From Gemmatimonas sp. (GTDB lineage: Bacteria > Gemmatimonadota > Gemmatimonadetes > Gemmatimonadales > Gemmatimonadaceae): a stretch of DNA of 64,000 nucleotides. Under the pieces are notes generated by a model. The model was not told the DNA's origin. It ran no database searches and saw only the letters and a program-made list of their open reading frames with translations. Below are positions 37,919-47,541 of the stretch, piece by piece. The first letter of the stretch is position 1; every line of letters starts with the position of its first letter. The position numbers were made by a program, and so were the translations under genes. The stretch lies in the NCBI GenBank assembly GCA_965279375.1, contig OZ257156.1:1536001-1600000 (forward strand), in the 5' to 3' direction.

Positions 37919-38981
37919 CCGCGGGCTCACTGTTCTCGCGCTGGGCTTCGGTGGTCACGCCGCACGTTGGGCAGTACTGGAAGAAGGCGTTCTTGTGCGT
38001 GCCGCAGCTCTGGCAATCATCGTACAAGTGCAGGCCGCAGTACACACAGAACGATGAGGGCGCAGCAGGCGCACCGGCGATCGGGCGCTCGCACCCCGGG
38101 CAGACCTTGTTGTTCATGCGCTGCAACGCCAGCTCGAAGCCAAGATGGCGACGGCGTTCGCTTTCGGTCTGCTGCTCGATCAGGCGGCGCTTCTCGAGAA
38201 AGCGCTTCATCGCGCGCACGGCTTCACGCGCTACGAGCGCTGTGAGAATGATCCCCACCCCGTAGCGCACATAGCCGCCGTAGCTCGGCAGATACGGCAC
38301 CAGCTCGACGAAGAACGTGAAGGCCGAGAAGATCACGACGCCGCGTGCGAGCGGCCAGTACTCGCTCTTGCGCTTGCGGCGAATCAGCCACGCCGACAAC
38401 GCGAGCAGTGGCAGCGTAAGCGCGAGTCGGATACCGAAGACTCCCATCTCCTGCCGAAAGAGCGCCTGCTGGAAGCGCGATTCCACCGCATCGGTGCGCT
38501 TCTTGTCTGCGAGATCCTGCGCTGACAGTGCCTGGTTGACGTCCAGGAGGCGCGCGTCGAGCTGCTCGATGTCGCGCTGCGCACCGCGTGCGCTCGCGCC
38601 CAGCGTGTCGAGGGAGCGCGTACGCTGGATGACTTCGGGATCCTGCTTGGGATCGGTCGTCGCGGTGCGTGCAGCGACCCACGCCTCGAACTCGGTGCGC
38701 GCCGCGCTGTAAGCTTGCTCGGTGGACTGCGCGAGCAGTCGGGAGCGCTCTTCCTGCGCGGTGATCTCGCGCTGCAGATTGTTCAGCGAATCGCGGCGTG
38801 CACGCGCGTTCTGCACTTCCGCTGGCGCCATGAACTGCTCGCGCGTGAGCGACTGCGAGACGCCCGGCAGATCGGCGATGATCCGTCCACCCAGTCCGCT
38901 GAGAAAGCCTGCGAATGCCACGGAAACTAGCCACATCGCGATGGCGAAGAGTCGTTCCGGCACCCACAGGCTTTTCAGCAT
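37902..38981 (-). CDS. Membrane protein with coiled coil and C-terminal double zinc ribbon
   Basis: N-terminal TM, long coiled coil, three TMs (FFVELVPYLPSYGGY), then CPGC, CVYC, CQSC and CPTC. Confidence 0.75.
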   Translation of the reverse strand: MLKSLWVPERLFAIAMWLVSVAFAGFLSGLGGRIIADLPGVSQSLTREQFMAPAEVQNARARRDSLNNLQREITAQEERSRLLAQSTEQAYSAARTEFEAWVAARTATTDPKQDPEVIQRTRSLDTLGASARGAQRDIEQLDARLLDVNQALSAQDLADKKRTDAVESRFQQALFRQEMGVFGIRLALTLPLLALSAWLIRRKRKSEYWPLARGVVIFSAFTFFVELVPYLPSYGGYVRYGVGIILTALVAREAVRAMKRFLEKRRLIEQQTESERRRHLGFELALQRMNNKVCPGCERPIAGAPAAPSSFCVYCGLHLYDDCQSCGTHKNAFFQYCPTCGVTTEAQRENSEPAATRSP

Positions 38982-38989
38982 CTACTACC

Positions 38990-40363
38990 TCACTTGAATG
39001 TCACTCGCTCGATGCGCGTGATGGTTCCTTCGCGCGCGCCCAAGAATACTACGCCGCCGGCTCCGAATCCGACGAGGGTGCGATCGGGAGGCAACTGCAC
39101 GCGCTGCGTCACGACGCCTTTGCCGTCGATCAGGTCGTACACCAGACCGCCGGGAGCGGGCTTGGTCGAGGTCGTCTGCACCCAAAGCCGTCCGTCCATG
39201 TCCGCGCGCACGCCGTTGGAGAAGAAGGGAGGCTGGTAGTCGGGCAGCTCGTTCGGTGACACATACGAAACGTTGATCTTGGGGGCGGTCATCGCGCCCG
39301 CAGGCGCACTTGCACCCGGCGGACCGGAACCCGGCGGGCCACCGCGCACTTCGAAGCGCATCGTGGGCGCGCCGCCAGCGGGTGCCGCGCCACCCGCGGG
39401 CACTGCGCCACCCATCGCTGCGCTGATGGCGGCCATGCCGCCCTGGCCCGGCGGTGCCGCTGCGATCATGCGATCGCGCTGGGCCTTCACCGAATCGATC
39501 AACGCCGCCTTCTGCTCATCGCTCAAACGCTTCCAGTCGAAGGCGATCTTGGGAGACGTGCTGCGTACGCCGTCGGGCGTCATCCACTCAACGTGATAGT
39601 CTCGGCCACGCACGACTGCGATCGTGCCATCAGAACGCATGGCCCATTCATCGACGACGGGGAGAGGGTTCACCTCGATGTTGATGGACATGCTGCCATC
39701 GTCGCCTCGGGACACCTGTGTGCTCGTCTTGGGAATCTTCACGAACGCGACCGTGTCCACTTTGCGCGTGGCGATATCGACGCGCACGATTGCCATCGTA
39801 TCAGGCACTGCGGGTGCCGCGATGGCACCGGACGCGCCGGGCGCACCGGGCCCCATGCGCATCTGTACATTGGGACTACCGCGATAGACCAGATGGCCAA
39901 CGCCGTCGTAGGCAGCGCCGCCAAACACACTGCCGGTCAACATCATCGCGTCCTGCGCGCGCGGCACCGACATCACGCGCCCGATCTTTCCGTTCGGATC
40001 GATCACGAGCATCGAGAGTGATGCCGCATCGACGAACAGTGTCGAGTCGCCGCGGAACGGAATCAGTGTTCCGGAGCGCGGGCCGTACGCATTGGCCGTG
40101 CTGCTGGTGGAGTCCGCAACCACCGCCACCGTCTTGAGTGTGGAGTCGAGGAGCAGCACGCGACGATTGGTGGCGTCGTTCACCAGCAGACGACCGCCAG
40201 GCAGTCCGCGCACGTTGGTGATGCTGCCGAGTGAGTCGGTCGTGGAAGCGAGTGCCGCACTGACGGGCACGATATCCGGGCGAGTCTGCGCAGGCAGTAC
40301 AGCGGGAAGAGCGACCGCGCCGAACAGCAGCGCAGGCATACCAACGAGTCTGTGAGTGGTCAT
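38990..40363 (-). CDS. Secreted hypothetical protein, probable beta-propeller with a Gly/Pro/Ala-rich insertion
   Basis: Signal peptide ending LPA-Q; repeated beta-hairpin units (DGRLWV, DGTIAVV, GGRLLVND). Confidence 0.6.
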   Translation of the reverse strand: MTTHRLVGMPALLFGAVALPAVLPAQTRPDIVPVSAALASTTDSLGSITNVRGLPGGRLLVNDATNRRVLLLDSTLKTVAVVADSTSSTANAYGPRSGTLIPFRGDSTLFVDAASLSMLVIDPNGKIGRVMSVPRAQDAMMLTGSVFGGAAYDGVGHLVYRGSPNVQMRMGPGAPGASGAIAAPAVPDTMAIVRVDIATRKVDTVAFVKIPKTSTQVSRGDDGSMSINIEVNPLPVVDEWAMRSDGTIAVVRGRDYHVEWMTPDGVRSTSPKIAFDWKRLSDEQKAALIDSVKAQRDRMIAAAPPGQGGMAAISAAMGGAVPAGGAAPAGGAPTMRFEVRGGPPGSGPPGASAPAGAMTAPKINVSYVSPNELPDYQPPFFSNGVRADMDGRLWVQTTSTKPAPGGLVYDLIDGKGVVTQRVQLPPDRTLVGFGAGGVVFLGAREGTITRIERVTFK

Positions 40364-40412
40364 GGTTGTCTGTATGAAGAATGCAGCGTAGAAAGAGTCG
40401 TTGTTGCTGGCG

Positions 40413-43400
40413 TTATCGCATGATCATGATGGTCTGCGCTCCGCCACCGCCGGCGCCGAACTGCATCGCTCCGCCCATGCCGCCCGGGAGCATGATGCCT
40501 CCGCCGCCACCGGCCGTGCCGGAGCGCACCGATGCGAGGTAGCGCTTGTCGAGCGAGCTGGCGACGAAGGGTGGCAGGCGACGACGCTGCTCCGGCGTGA
40601 GCAGTGCCTGAATGGTCGGTGCGATCTGCATGAGCATGTCGATCGATGCTTCGCGCGAGCGACGATACTGATCGTAGACTCGATCATGATCGTAGCGGTC
40701 GGGCAGCAGCGAGAACTGCTTCATGATCGGCGACCAGATGCTGTCGAGGCGCACCGTGTAGCGGCGGTTCATCGACGCGAGACTGTCCGCCTGATCCGAC
40801 GACAGCTTGAGCGTGTCCTGATCGCGCAGAATCGTGGCCATCGGATTGGGCACGCCACCGTTGCCGAACTGCGCCTTGAGGAGCTGCTCGGTGGGCTTGG
40901 AGCCGCGTGTGGTGCGGCCGCGATCGAGGTTCTGCGTCAGGGCCTGCCGCTCGCGCGTGGGGCCAATGTCGTAGCGCAACATCGCCTGCACCGTCACCGG
41001 CGTACGGAACGTGTTGAATGCCGGGTTGGTCGCACCGAAGCGCTGATTGACTTCGTACTTGTAACGCTGCGTGCTGGCATCGAAGCCGCGCACGTACAGC
41101 AACGATTGGTCAGGGAACGGCGTTTGCCCCCAGCCACGCAACTTGTTCTCGCCGTGCAGCAGCAAATCGGCCGCGCCGAGCGGATTGGAGATGTTGAAGG
41201 AGAGCGTGGCGCGCTGCGGCAGTCGAACCTTCAGCGGATTGAAGGAGATGGACAGATTCGCCGTGGACGTCCACGGGCCTTGGCAGCTGTTGCGCGCGGC
41301 GATCGTACCGGCCTGACGCGAGAGACAGTCACGTGCGGCACGCGAGCCGCTCGCCAACAGCGCCTGCATGCCGGCGGCGACCGCCGGGTCGGACGCGGTT
41401 GTGGGCGTATAGATGAACGCCCGATCGTTCGTGAAGCCATCGCCGTTGATGTCGCCGGCAACCGTCGGTGTGAAAGGCGTGCCCGAGCGGAATTGGCCGA
41501 ACCAGCCGATGCGAATGAGGTCGAACGCGTTGTACGACAGATTGTAGATGAGCTGATGACGCGAGTCGAAACTGGAGCGGCCCCACTCCACGCCGGTCGG
41601 ATTGCCGGCGGTGCTGCTGAAGCCGCGGAATTGTTCACGCACGTTGCTGTACGTGTAGTTGAGGCTCCAGCTGAAGTTGGTGCTGAAGTTCATCGGCGAC
41701 AGACGCAGGCTGAGCTGTCGGCTCATCGAGTTGAGATCGGAGCGCTGCTCGGTGACGCGACCAAACGCCTGCGCCACTCGCGCGTCGCCCGCTGCGATGG
41801 CACCCGTCAACGGCACGATGCTCGTCGGCAGCACGAACACCGGCCGCTGCCCCTCGTTGCCCAATGCGAAGCGCTGCACGGCCGCAAAGTTGCGATCGAC
41901 GATGCTGCCCTGTCGCGTGTTGTACGAGAACGTCCCGTCGATCGTCGCGGTGAATCGATTGCGCAGAATCGGGCCGTTCCACTGCAGGTTGGATCGCACG
42001 CTACTCGGCGCGGCCCAATCCTTCGCGAAGAGCGTGACGTTGGGGGCGCTGTTGTTGAACACCGTTCCACCGCTGCCGTTGGCGCAGGTGGAGGGAATAC
42101 GCGACGGATCGACGTACGACGCCCAGTCGGCGGTCGGTGTAGCGGGACCGACGCAGATCAGCTGCTGAATCGCGCCGGGGAGTCCCGTGTTGTCGATGGC
42201 GCTGCCGACAAGTGCAGCCTGCGGCGTGTTCTGGAAGACGCCAATACCGCCGCGTACGACGGCGCGCGGACCGCGGAACGCACCTTCGAACGCACCGATC
42301 TGCGCCCCAGTGCCGTACGTGTACGCAAATCCGAGTCGCGGGCTGATGTAGACGCCATTGGGCACGCGATCGTTGCGTACGCCGAAGACGCGCTCGATCT
42401 CCGCGTTGCGAGACGGCGTGTCGAGGAAGCGATTGGCATCGAGACGCACGCCGTACTGGAGCTGCAGATTGCTCGACTTGCGCCACGAGTCACCGAGTGA
42501 GAACGCGCCGATGGCGATGTTCGACTGACGACTGCGCGGAATGAGCGTGCGCGTGAACGACGACGGCAGCCCTGCCTGCAGATCGGCAAGCGAGTTGTAG
42601 TTGAACGTGCCGAGGCGATTGATCGTCTGATCCTGCGAGTTGCCGTCGAGGCGCGCCTCGGCGCTGAACTTGAGACGGTGCTTGTTGTTGGCGCTGAACC
42701 ATGAGAGCGTGTTGAGCGCGTTGAGGCTGGTGCTGCTCTGCGAGGTACCCAGGAACTGATTGCCGCCAAACGACAGCGACTGCACACCGCTCGTGCCATC
42801 CGCGAACGTCGAGTTCACGCGCACGCGGCCGCCGGGGAGATTCACGTATGGCGTGCCGTCGTTCTTGCTGCCGCTCAGGCCGACGGACGTCTCTGTCAGC
42901 ACGCCGATGCCGCGCAGCGTGAAGTAGCCGCTGTGTCGCCCCTGCACGCCGCCGTTCAGGCTGGTGCGATCGCCTGCAGCCGTCGGAAGTGAGGTGGTCA
43001 GCGATGTCGCCGGATCCTGCTTGTTCCAGCTTCCGTTGAACGTCAGGTTGAGCGCCTGCCCGCTATTGGACGTGGGCGGCGTGAAGTCGATCGCACCGAA
43101 GAGCGATCCCTGATCGCTCAGCCGGCTGCCGGGCAATCCGCCGAAGCTGGTCGGCACACGACCGTTCTGCAGCAACGACACGAGGCGCTGGACGGAGTCC
43201 GATGCGATGCCCGAGGTCTGCAGGCCGGTAGGATTGGTGTTGAGCAGCGTGAGGAGATCGCTGCTGCGGCGCCCGAGCTGATACGACACGTTGTAGAACG
43301 CCTTGTCGATCACCAGCGGGCCGGAGACCGAACCGCCTAACGACAGGTTGCTGAACTCCTGTCCGAGTGCGCGCGCCGCGCGATCGGTCCACTGCAGCGC

Positions 43401-44165
43401 CGGCGCATCCACCACGGTGCTTAGCCCACGCCCGATGAAGTTGGAACCCGGACGCGTGCGCAACGAGAATTGCCCGCCGCTGAAGCCACCGCGAGACACA
43501 TCGTACGGCGAGGTGTTGAGCGCTGAGAGCACCGACGCATCGCGTGGGAGCCCTGCGCCACCGAAGTTCAGGCCGTTGAGCGTCGTGTTGTTCTGGTCTG
43601 CGCCAAGCCCGAGCACGGAGAAGCCGTTGGCGCCGCCGTCCTGCCCGGGCACCAACTGCACGCCGGGCAGCGTCGCAGCCATCGCGGCAAGATCGCCGAT
43701 CTGATCCGGCGGGAGCGCGGTGTTCTGCACAATACGCTCGGTTCCCGCGATGTCCGGTGGCGATGGGTCGTTGCGCGAGACCTTATCGCGCGCCGCCGTC
43801 ACCTTCACCTGATCGAGCACGGCGCCGACCTTGGTGAGCTTGGCATCCGCCACGAGAATTTCTTCGTCTGCGGCCCGCTTGATCTCGAAGCGCTTGGACG
43901 CGTATCCCAGGATGTTCATCGAGATCATGTAGTCGCCATCGCCACCCGGGAAGGTGACGGTGAAGCGACCGGCTCGATCGGTGCGCGCCGTGCGGTTCAC
44001 GTTCCCCGAGATCGAGGTGACGACCACGGCCACCCCTTCCAGCGGCAGGCTGTCGTTGCCGATCACTCGGCCTCGAATCACGTCGACGTTCTGCGCAGCG
44101 AGTGTTCGAGATGGGGCGGCAAGCGCCGCGAGCATCAGGGAAAGCAGGAGCAGCAAGCGTCGCAT
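40413..44165 (-). CDS. Oar-like TonB-dependent receptor with carboxypeptidase-regulatory N-domain and a helical C-terminal extension
   Basis: ATG 44165 with signal peptide; RTARTDRAGRFTV; plug NNTTLNG...YDVSRGGFSGG; SPRLGFAY, VRGGIGVF, GDINGDGFTND. Confidence 0.75.
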   Translation of the reverse strand: MRRLLLLLSLMLAALAAPSRTLAAQNVDVIRGRVIGNDSLPLEGVAVVVTSISGNVNRTARTDRAGRFTVTFPGGDGDYMISMNILGYASKRFEIKRAADEEILVADAKLTKVGAVLDQVKVTAARDKVSRNDPSPPDIAGTERIVQNTALPPDQIGDLAAMAATLPGVQLVPGQDGGANGFSVLGLGADQNNTTLNGLNFGGAGLPRDASVLSALNTSPYDVSRGGFSGGQFSLRTRPGSNFIGRGLSTVVDAPALQWTDRAARALGQEFSNLSLGGSVSGPLVIDKAFYNVSYQLGRRSSDLLTLLNTNPTGLQTSGIASDSVQRLVSLLQNGRVPTSFGGLPGSRLSDQGSLFGAIDFTPPTSNSGQALNLTFNGSWNKQDPATSLTTSLPTAAGDRTSLNGGVQGRHSGYFTLRGIGVLTETSVGLSGSKNDGTPYVNLPGGRVRVNSTFADGTSGVQSLSFGGNQFLGTSQSSTSLNALNTLSWFSANNKHRLKFSAEARLDGNSQDQTINRLGTFNYNSLADLQAGLPSSFTRTLIPRSRQSNIAIGAFSLGDSWRKSSNLQLQYGVRLDANRFLDTPSRNAEIERVFGVRNDRVPNGVYISPRLGFAYTYGTGAQIGAFEGAFRGPRAVVRGGIGVFQNTPQAALVGSAIDNTGLPGAIQQLICVGPATPTADWASYVDPSRIPSTCANGSGGTVFNNSAPNVTLFAKDWAAPSSVRSNLQWNGPILRNRFTATIDGTFSYNTRQGSIVDRNFAAVQRFALGNEGQRPVFVLPTSIVPLTGAIAAGDARVAQAFGRVTEQRSDLNSMSRQLSLRLSPMNFSTNFSWSLNYTYSNVREQFRGFSSTAGNPTGVEWGRSSFDSRHQLIYNLSYNAFDLIRIGWFGQFRSGTPFTPTVAGDINGDGFTNDRAFIYTPTTASDPAVAAGMQALLASGSRAARDCLSRQAGTIAARNSCQGPWTSTANLSISFNPLKVRLPQRATLSFNISNPLGAADLLLHGENKLRGWGQTPFPDQSLLYVRGFDASTQRYKYEVNQRFGATNPAFNTFRTPVTVQAMLRYDIGPTRERQALTQNLDRGRTTRGSKPTEQLLKAQFGNGGVPNPMATILRDQDTLKLSSDQADSLASMNRRYTVRLDSIWSPIMKQFSLLPDRYDHDRVYDQYRRSREASIDMLMQIAPTIQALLTPEQRRRLPPFVASSLDKRYLASVRSGTAGGGGGIMLPGGMGGAMQFGAGGGGAQTIMIMR

Positions 44166-44305
44166 GGAGCGGCAGTCGGTCAGAGAGGGCACGTGGCGCA
44201 CCCGGGACAGGGTGCTGCCGGGGATACGCGCAGGGTAGGGCTCTCGTTTCGACACAGCCCGCCCGGGAACGGTTCACTCGGATTCTGAGGCAGCTGCAGC
44301 GCTGG

Positions 44306-44379
44306 CTCCGGTTGCCAGTCACGGTGTCTGCAGTTCGGTAACCGGAGACAGCCGGATGGAGCGAACGACGTATCCGGCT
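44306..44379. repeat. Two adjacent inverted repeats between murB and the TonB receptor gene
   Basis: CTCCGGTTGCC(44306-16)/GGTAACCGGAG(44337-47) with one mismatch; AGCCGGAT(44350-57)/ATCCGGCT(44372-79) perfect. Confidence 0.55.
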
Positions 44380-44384
44380 ACCGG

Positions 44385-45326
44385 TTAGAACTCGCCGATG
44401 AAGCCGATTTCCGTTTCCAAATGATGCCCGAACTTCTCGCGGACGGCGGACTGTGCGTGTGAGATCAGCGCCCGAACATTAGCCGCCGTCGCGGCGCCGA
44501 GGTTTACCAGAATGTTCGCATGGATGTGCGAAATCTGCGCATCACCCACACGGAATCCCTTGAGGCCGCACTGATCGATCAGTCGGCCTGCGCCAATTCC
44601 TTCGATCTTCTTGAAGATCGAACCGGCGCTTGGATGAATCGCCAGCCACGGATGACGCGAGCCGCGCCACGACAGATTCTCCTGCAGAATGCGATGCAGA
44701 TCTGCGGGATCTGCTGGCGTCAGGCGAAACGACGCCGAGAGCACGATGTCGCGGGTGTGGTGAAAGACCGATTGGTCGTAACCGAATCCGATATAGTCGG
44801 CGCGTACTGTCTTGCGCGTACCGTCCTCCGCCAGAATCTCGCAGGCATCGAAGACATCGGCGATGAACATCGTGCGTTCACGCTCGGGGGCTGGCGACAG
44901 GAAGTGCAGATTCTGCCACAGCGCACCACCAACCGTGCTGGGAATGCCAACGAAGTGCTCCAGCCCCGACCATCCCTGACGCACGGTCTCCAGCACGAGA
45001 TCCTGCACCACCGCACCGCTTTCACTCCACAACACGCCGTCCGCGCTCAGCGTGTGCGCCGTTGCGCGATTGCGAATCACGAGTCCGCGGAACCCCTTGT
45101 CGCCAACGAGGATGTTCGCGCCGAGTCCGAGCACGAACCACGGCACGCCAAGTGTCCGCGCGGCGGTGACGGCTGCGGCGAGATCATCGGCGCTGGTGGC
45201 CTCGAAGAGCACATCGGCCGGGCCGCCGATGCGAAAGGTGGTGTACTGGGCGAGCGGTGCGCGCAGCTGTAGTCGTGCGCGGTCGAGCGTGCCGGAGAGT
45301 GCGTCGGCGAGCTGTTCGGGGGTCAT
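44385..45326 (-). CDS. murB: UDP-N-acetylmuramate dehydrogenase (MurB) family FAD oxidoreductase, divergent
   Basis: YTTFRIGGPAD, LGLGANILV, GIPSTVGGA, PSAGSIFK, HAN, LETEI. ATG at 45326. Canonical YR is YD here. Confidence 0.8.
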   Translation of the reverse strand: MTPEQLADALSGTLDRARLQLRAPLAQYTTFRIGGPADVLFEATSADDLAAAVTAARTLGVPWFVLGLGANILVGDKGFRGLVIRNRATAHTLSADGVLWSESGAVVQDLVLETVRQGWSGLEHFVGIPSTVGGALWQNLHFLSPAPERERTMFIADVFDACEILAEDGTRKTVRADYIGFGYDQSVFHHTRDIVLSASFRLTPADPADLHRILQENLSWRGSRHPWLAIHPSAGSIFKKIEGIGAGRLIDQCGLKGFRVGDAQISHIHANILVNLGAATAANVRALISHAQSAVREKFGHHLETEIGFIGEF

Positions 45327-45343
45327 GCCGAAAAGTAGTCGCG

Positions 45344-47068
45344 CTAGCGTGTGCCGCGCTTGAGCGAGGCTCGCTTGAGCGCCTGTTCGCGGCGCGCACG
45401 AAACTCCGAGCCCGCAGTCCAGGTCGGCCACGTCGTACCGTTGGCGACATCACAGGCGACGCGGAAGGTGAGCCGCGTGTCCTCGACGATGCCGGTGAGG
45501 TCCCAATCCGCCTTCACATCATCGCTGGGCTTGTGGTAGTCGCGGGCGATGTAGTCGCCCCGCACCTTGGCCTCGTAGCCGGCAGGCTTGTCGAGATAGT
45601 CGGTGCCGGGGAACAGAAACGACATCGCCGGTACGCCCTGTCTGGCGAACTCGAAATGATCCGCGCGATAGAAGTAGCCTTTCTCCGATTCGGGATCGGG
45701 CTTGACGAGACGATTGTCCTTCGCCGCTTCACGCACGAGAATGTCCTCGAGCGACGACTGGCCCACGCCGAGGCTGACGATGGACTTGGTGCGCCCGTAG
45801 GCGTTCATCGCGTCCATGTTGATATTGGCGAGCGTCCGTTCGAGTGGATACAACGGATGCGCACCGTACCAGCGAGAGCCGAGCAATCCAGCTTCCTCAG
45901 CAGTCACCGCGAGAAAGATGATCGAACGTTTGGGAGGTGTGCTGAGGGCAGCGAATGCGCGCGCTTGCGCGAGGAGCCACGCCACACCCGTCGCATCGTC
46001 GAGCGCGCCGTTGTAGATGGAGTCACCGTTGATGGCGCGGCCGATACCGAAGCCATCCCAGTGCGCGGACATGACGACGAACTCGCGCTTGAGGGTCGCG
46101 TCTGATCCGTCGAGACGCGCAACGACATTGCGCGACTGCATACGACGCACCGTGTTGCGCACGTTGAACGACGCAGTCGATCCCAGTGTGACCGGCGAAA
46201 AGGCGCGAGTACGCGCCTTACGCTCCAGCGCGTCGAAATCCTGACCAGCCGCTGCCATCAGCCGCTTGGCTACGTCGAGCTGAATCCACCCTTCGACGCT
46301 CGCGTGCGCGGGACCGTTGGCGATCTCCAGCTTCTCGCGCGCATTGCTTTGCACGGTGGTCCATGGATAGCCCGCCGGTCCTGTCTGATGCACCAGCAGT
46401 ACTGCGGCCGCGCCTTTGGCTGCGGCGATCTCGAACTTGTAGGTCCAGCGACCGTAGTACGTCATCGCTCGGCCGCGAAACATCGTGCTGTCGAGCTGTG
46501 TGGTGTCGCGAGGGTTGAGGACCGGTGGATCGCCAACCAGCATCACGATCGTCTTGCCACGTACGTCAACGCCCTTGAAATCATCCCACTGGTACTCGGG
46601 GGCTACGACGCCATAGCCGACGAACACGATGTCGCTCGGCTTCACGGAGACCAGCGTGTCCGGGCGCAGCGACCACGCGACGATGTCGTCGAGCGGAGCA
46701 AGTGATGTCGTCGAACCCTTGCTGGAGATGCGGGTGGTGACGGCAGATGTGGTTCCGACGAGCGGCACCATCTGGATGTAGCCGCCGCCCGGGTTGCCGG
46801 GCTTGAGACCGATGCGTCGAAACTCTCGCTGCAGGAAGGCCACGCTGGAGTCTTCGCCACGAGTACCCGGCGCTCGCCCTTCGAACGGGTCGGAGGCAAG
46901 CGTCGAGATATCACGGAGTATGGCTGGCGCGGTGATCGACGCGGCTGCGCGCGCGATCTCAGCGGTTGTACCACGCTGTGCGCTCAACTCTGCACTCAGC
47001 AGACCGGTCGCGGTGCAGAAGATGGCAGCGCAGAGAGTGCGTCGCGGCAGCATGGCGATACGAGGCAT
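45344..47068 (-). CDS. M28 family metallopeptidase with PA domain, secreted
   Basis: LASDPFEGRAPG, YYGRWTYK, SAHWD, YNGALDDATG, TAEEAGLLGS, NINMD, RADHF, YHKPSD. Confidence 0.9.
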   Translation of the reverse strand: MPRIAMLPRRTLCAAIFCTATGLLSAELSAQRGTTAEIARAAASITAPAILRDISTLASDPFEGRAPGTRGEDSSVAFLQREFRRIGLKPGNPGGGYIQMVPLVGTTSAVTTRISSKGSTTSLAPLDDIVAWSLRPDTLVSVKPSDIVFVGYGVVAPEYQWDDFKGVDVRGKTIVMLVGDPPVLNPRDTTQLDSTMFRGRAMTYYGRWTYKFEIAAAKGAAAVLLVHQTGPAGYPWTTVQSNAREKLEIANGPAHASVEGWIQLDVAKRLMAAAGQDFDALERKARTRAFSPVTLGSTASFNVRNTVRRMQSRNVVARLDGSDATLKREFVVMSAHWDGFGIGRAINGDSIYNGALDDATGVAWLLAQARAFAALSTPPKRSIIFLAVTAEEAGLLGSRWYGAHPLYPLERTLANINMDAMNAYGRTKSIVSLGVGQSSLEDILVREAAKDNRLVKPDPESEKGYFYRADHFEFARQGVPAMSFLFPGTDYLDKPAGYEAKVRGDYIARDYHKPSDDVKADWDLTGIVEDTRLTFRVACDVANGTTWPTWTAGSEFRARREQALKRASLKRGTR

Positions 47069-47506
47069 CTACTTCCGTTTGTTGATCGTTGTGACTTCGA
47101 TGACACCCATCTCGTGGCCGGGGCCTCGCATCTGGATGGCACGGTTCTGGTCGAGGAAGCGCATTTCCACGACGGCCGCTGCCTTGACCGTCTTCAGGTC
47201 TTCAACGGAAGGCTGCCGAGTGTCATCAATGTAGACCACAACGTCCGTGGCCCCGCCTGTCGCGCCATCCATTCCGCTCGCCACCGTGCGGCCGCGCGAC
47301 GGGCTGAGCCACATCGGGCGCATAGTCCGGATGGCATCGTAGACCGTGTTCACACTGGCCGGCGCTTCTGCGAGATCATCCTTGGTGAGGCGCGCCCGGT
47401 CGCCGCGCTGCTTCGACTGTGCCTGCGCCTCGTGCGGCGCAGCCAGCAGTGCTACTGCCACGAACAGTCCGGCCAGAGAGAATCGACGCAAGCGGAACGG
47501 GCGCAT
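47069..47506 (-). CDS. Small secreted stand-alone TonB-plug-like domain protein
   Basis: ATG 47506; signal peptide AQA-Q; TVYDAIRTMRPMWL, VVVYIDD, RGPGHEMGVIEVTT. Homologous to the GH115 N-terminal domain. Confidence 0.7.
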   Translation of the reverse strand: MRPFRLRRFSLAGLFVAVALLAAPHEAQAQSKQRGDRARLTKDDLAEAPASVNTVYDAIRTMRPMWLSPSRGRTVASGMDGATGGATDVVVYIDDTRQPSVEDLKTVKAAAVVEMRFLDQNRAIQMRGPGHEMGVIEVTTINKRK

Positions 47507-47541
47507 GGCAAGCCTCGCGGAGGAAATGAAGGTGCGTTGAA

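Noticed and set aside
40401..42500. 699-aa plus-strand ORF
   Set aside because: Antisense to the TonB receptor, with no recognisable motifs.
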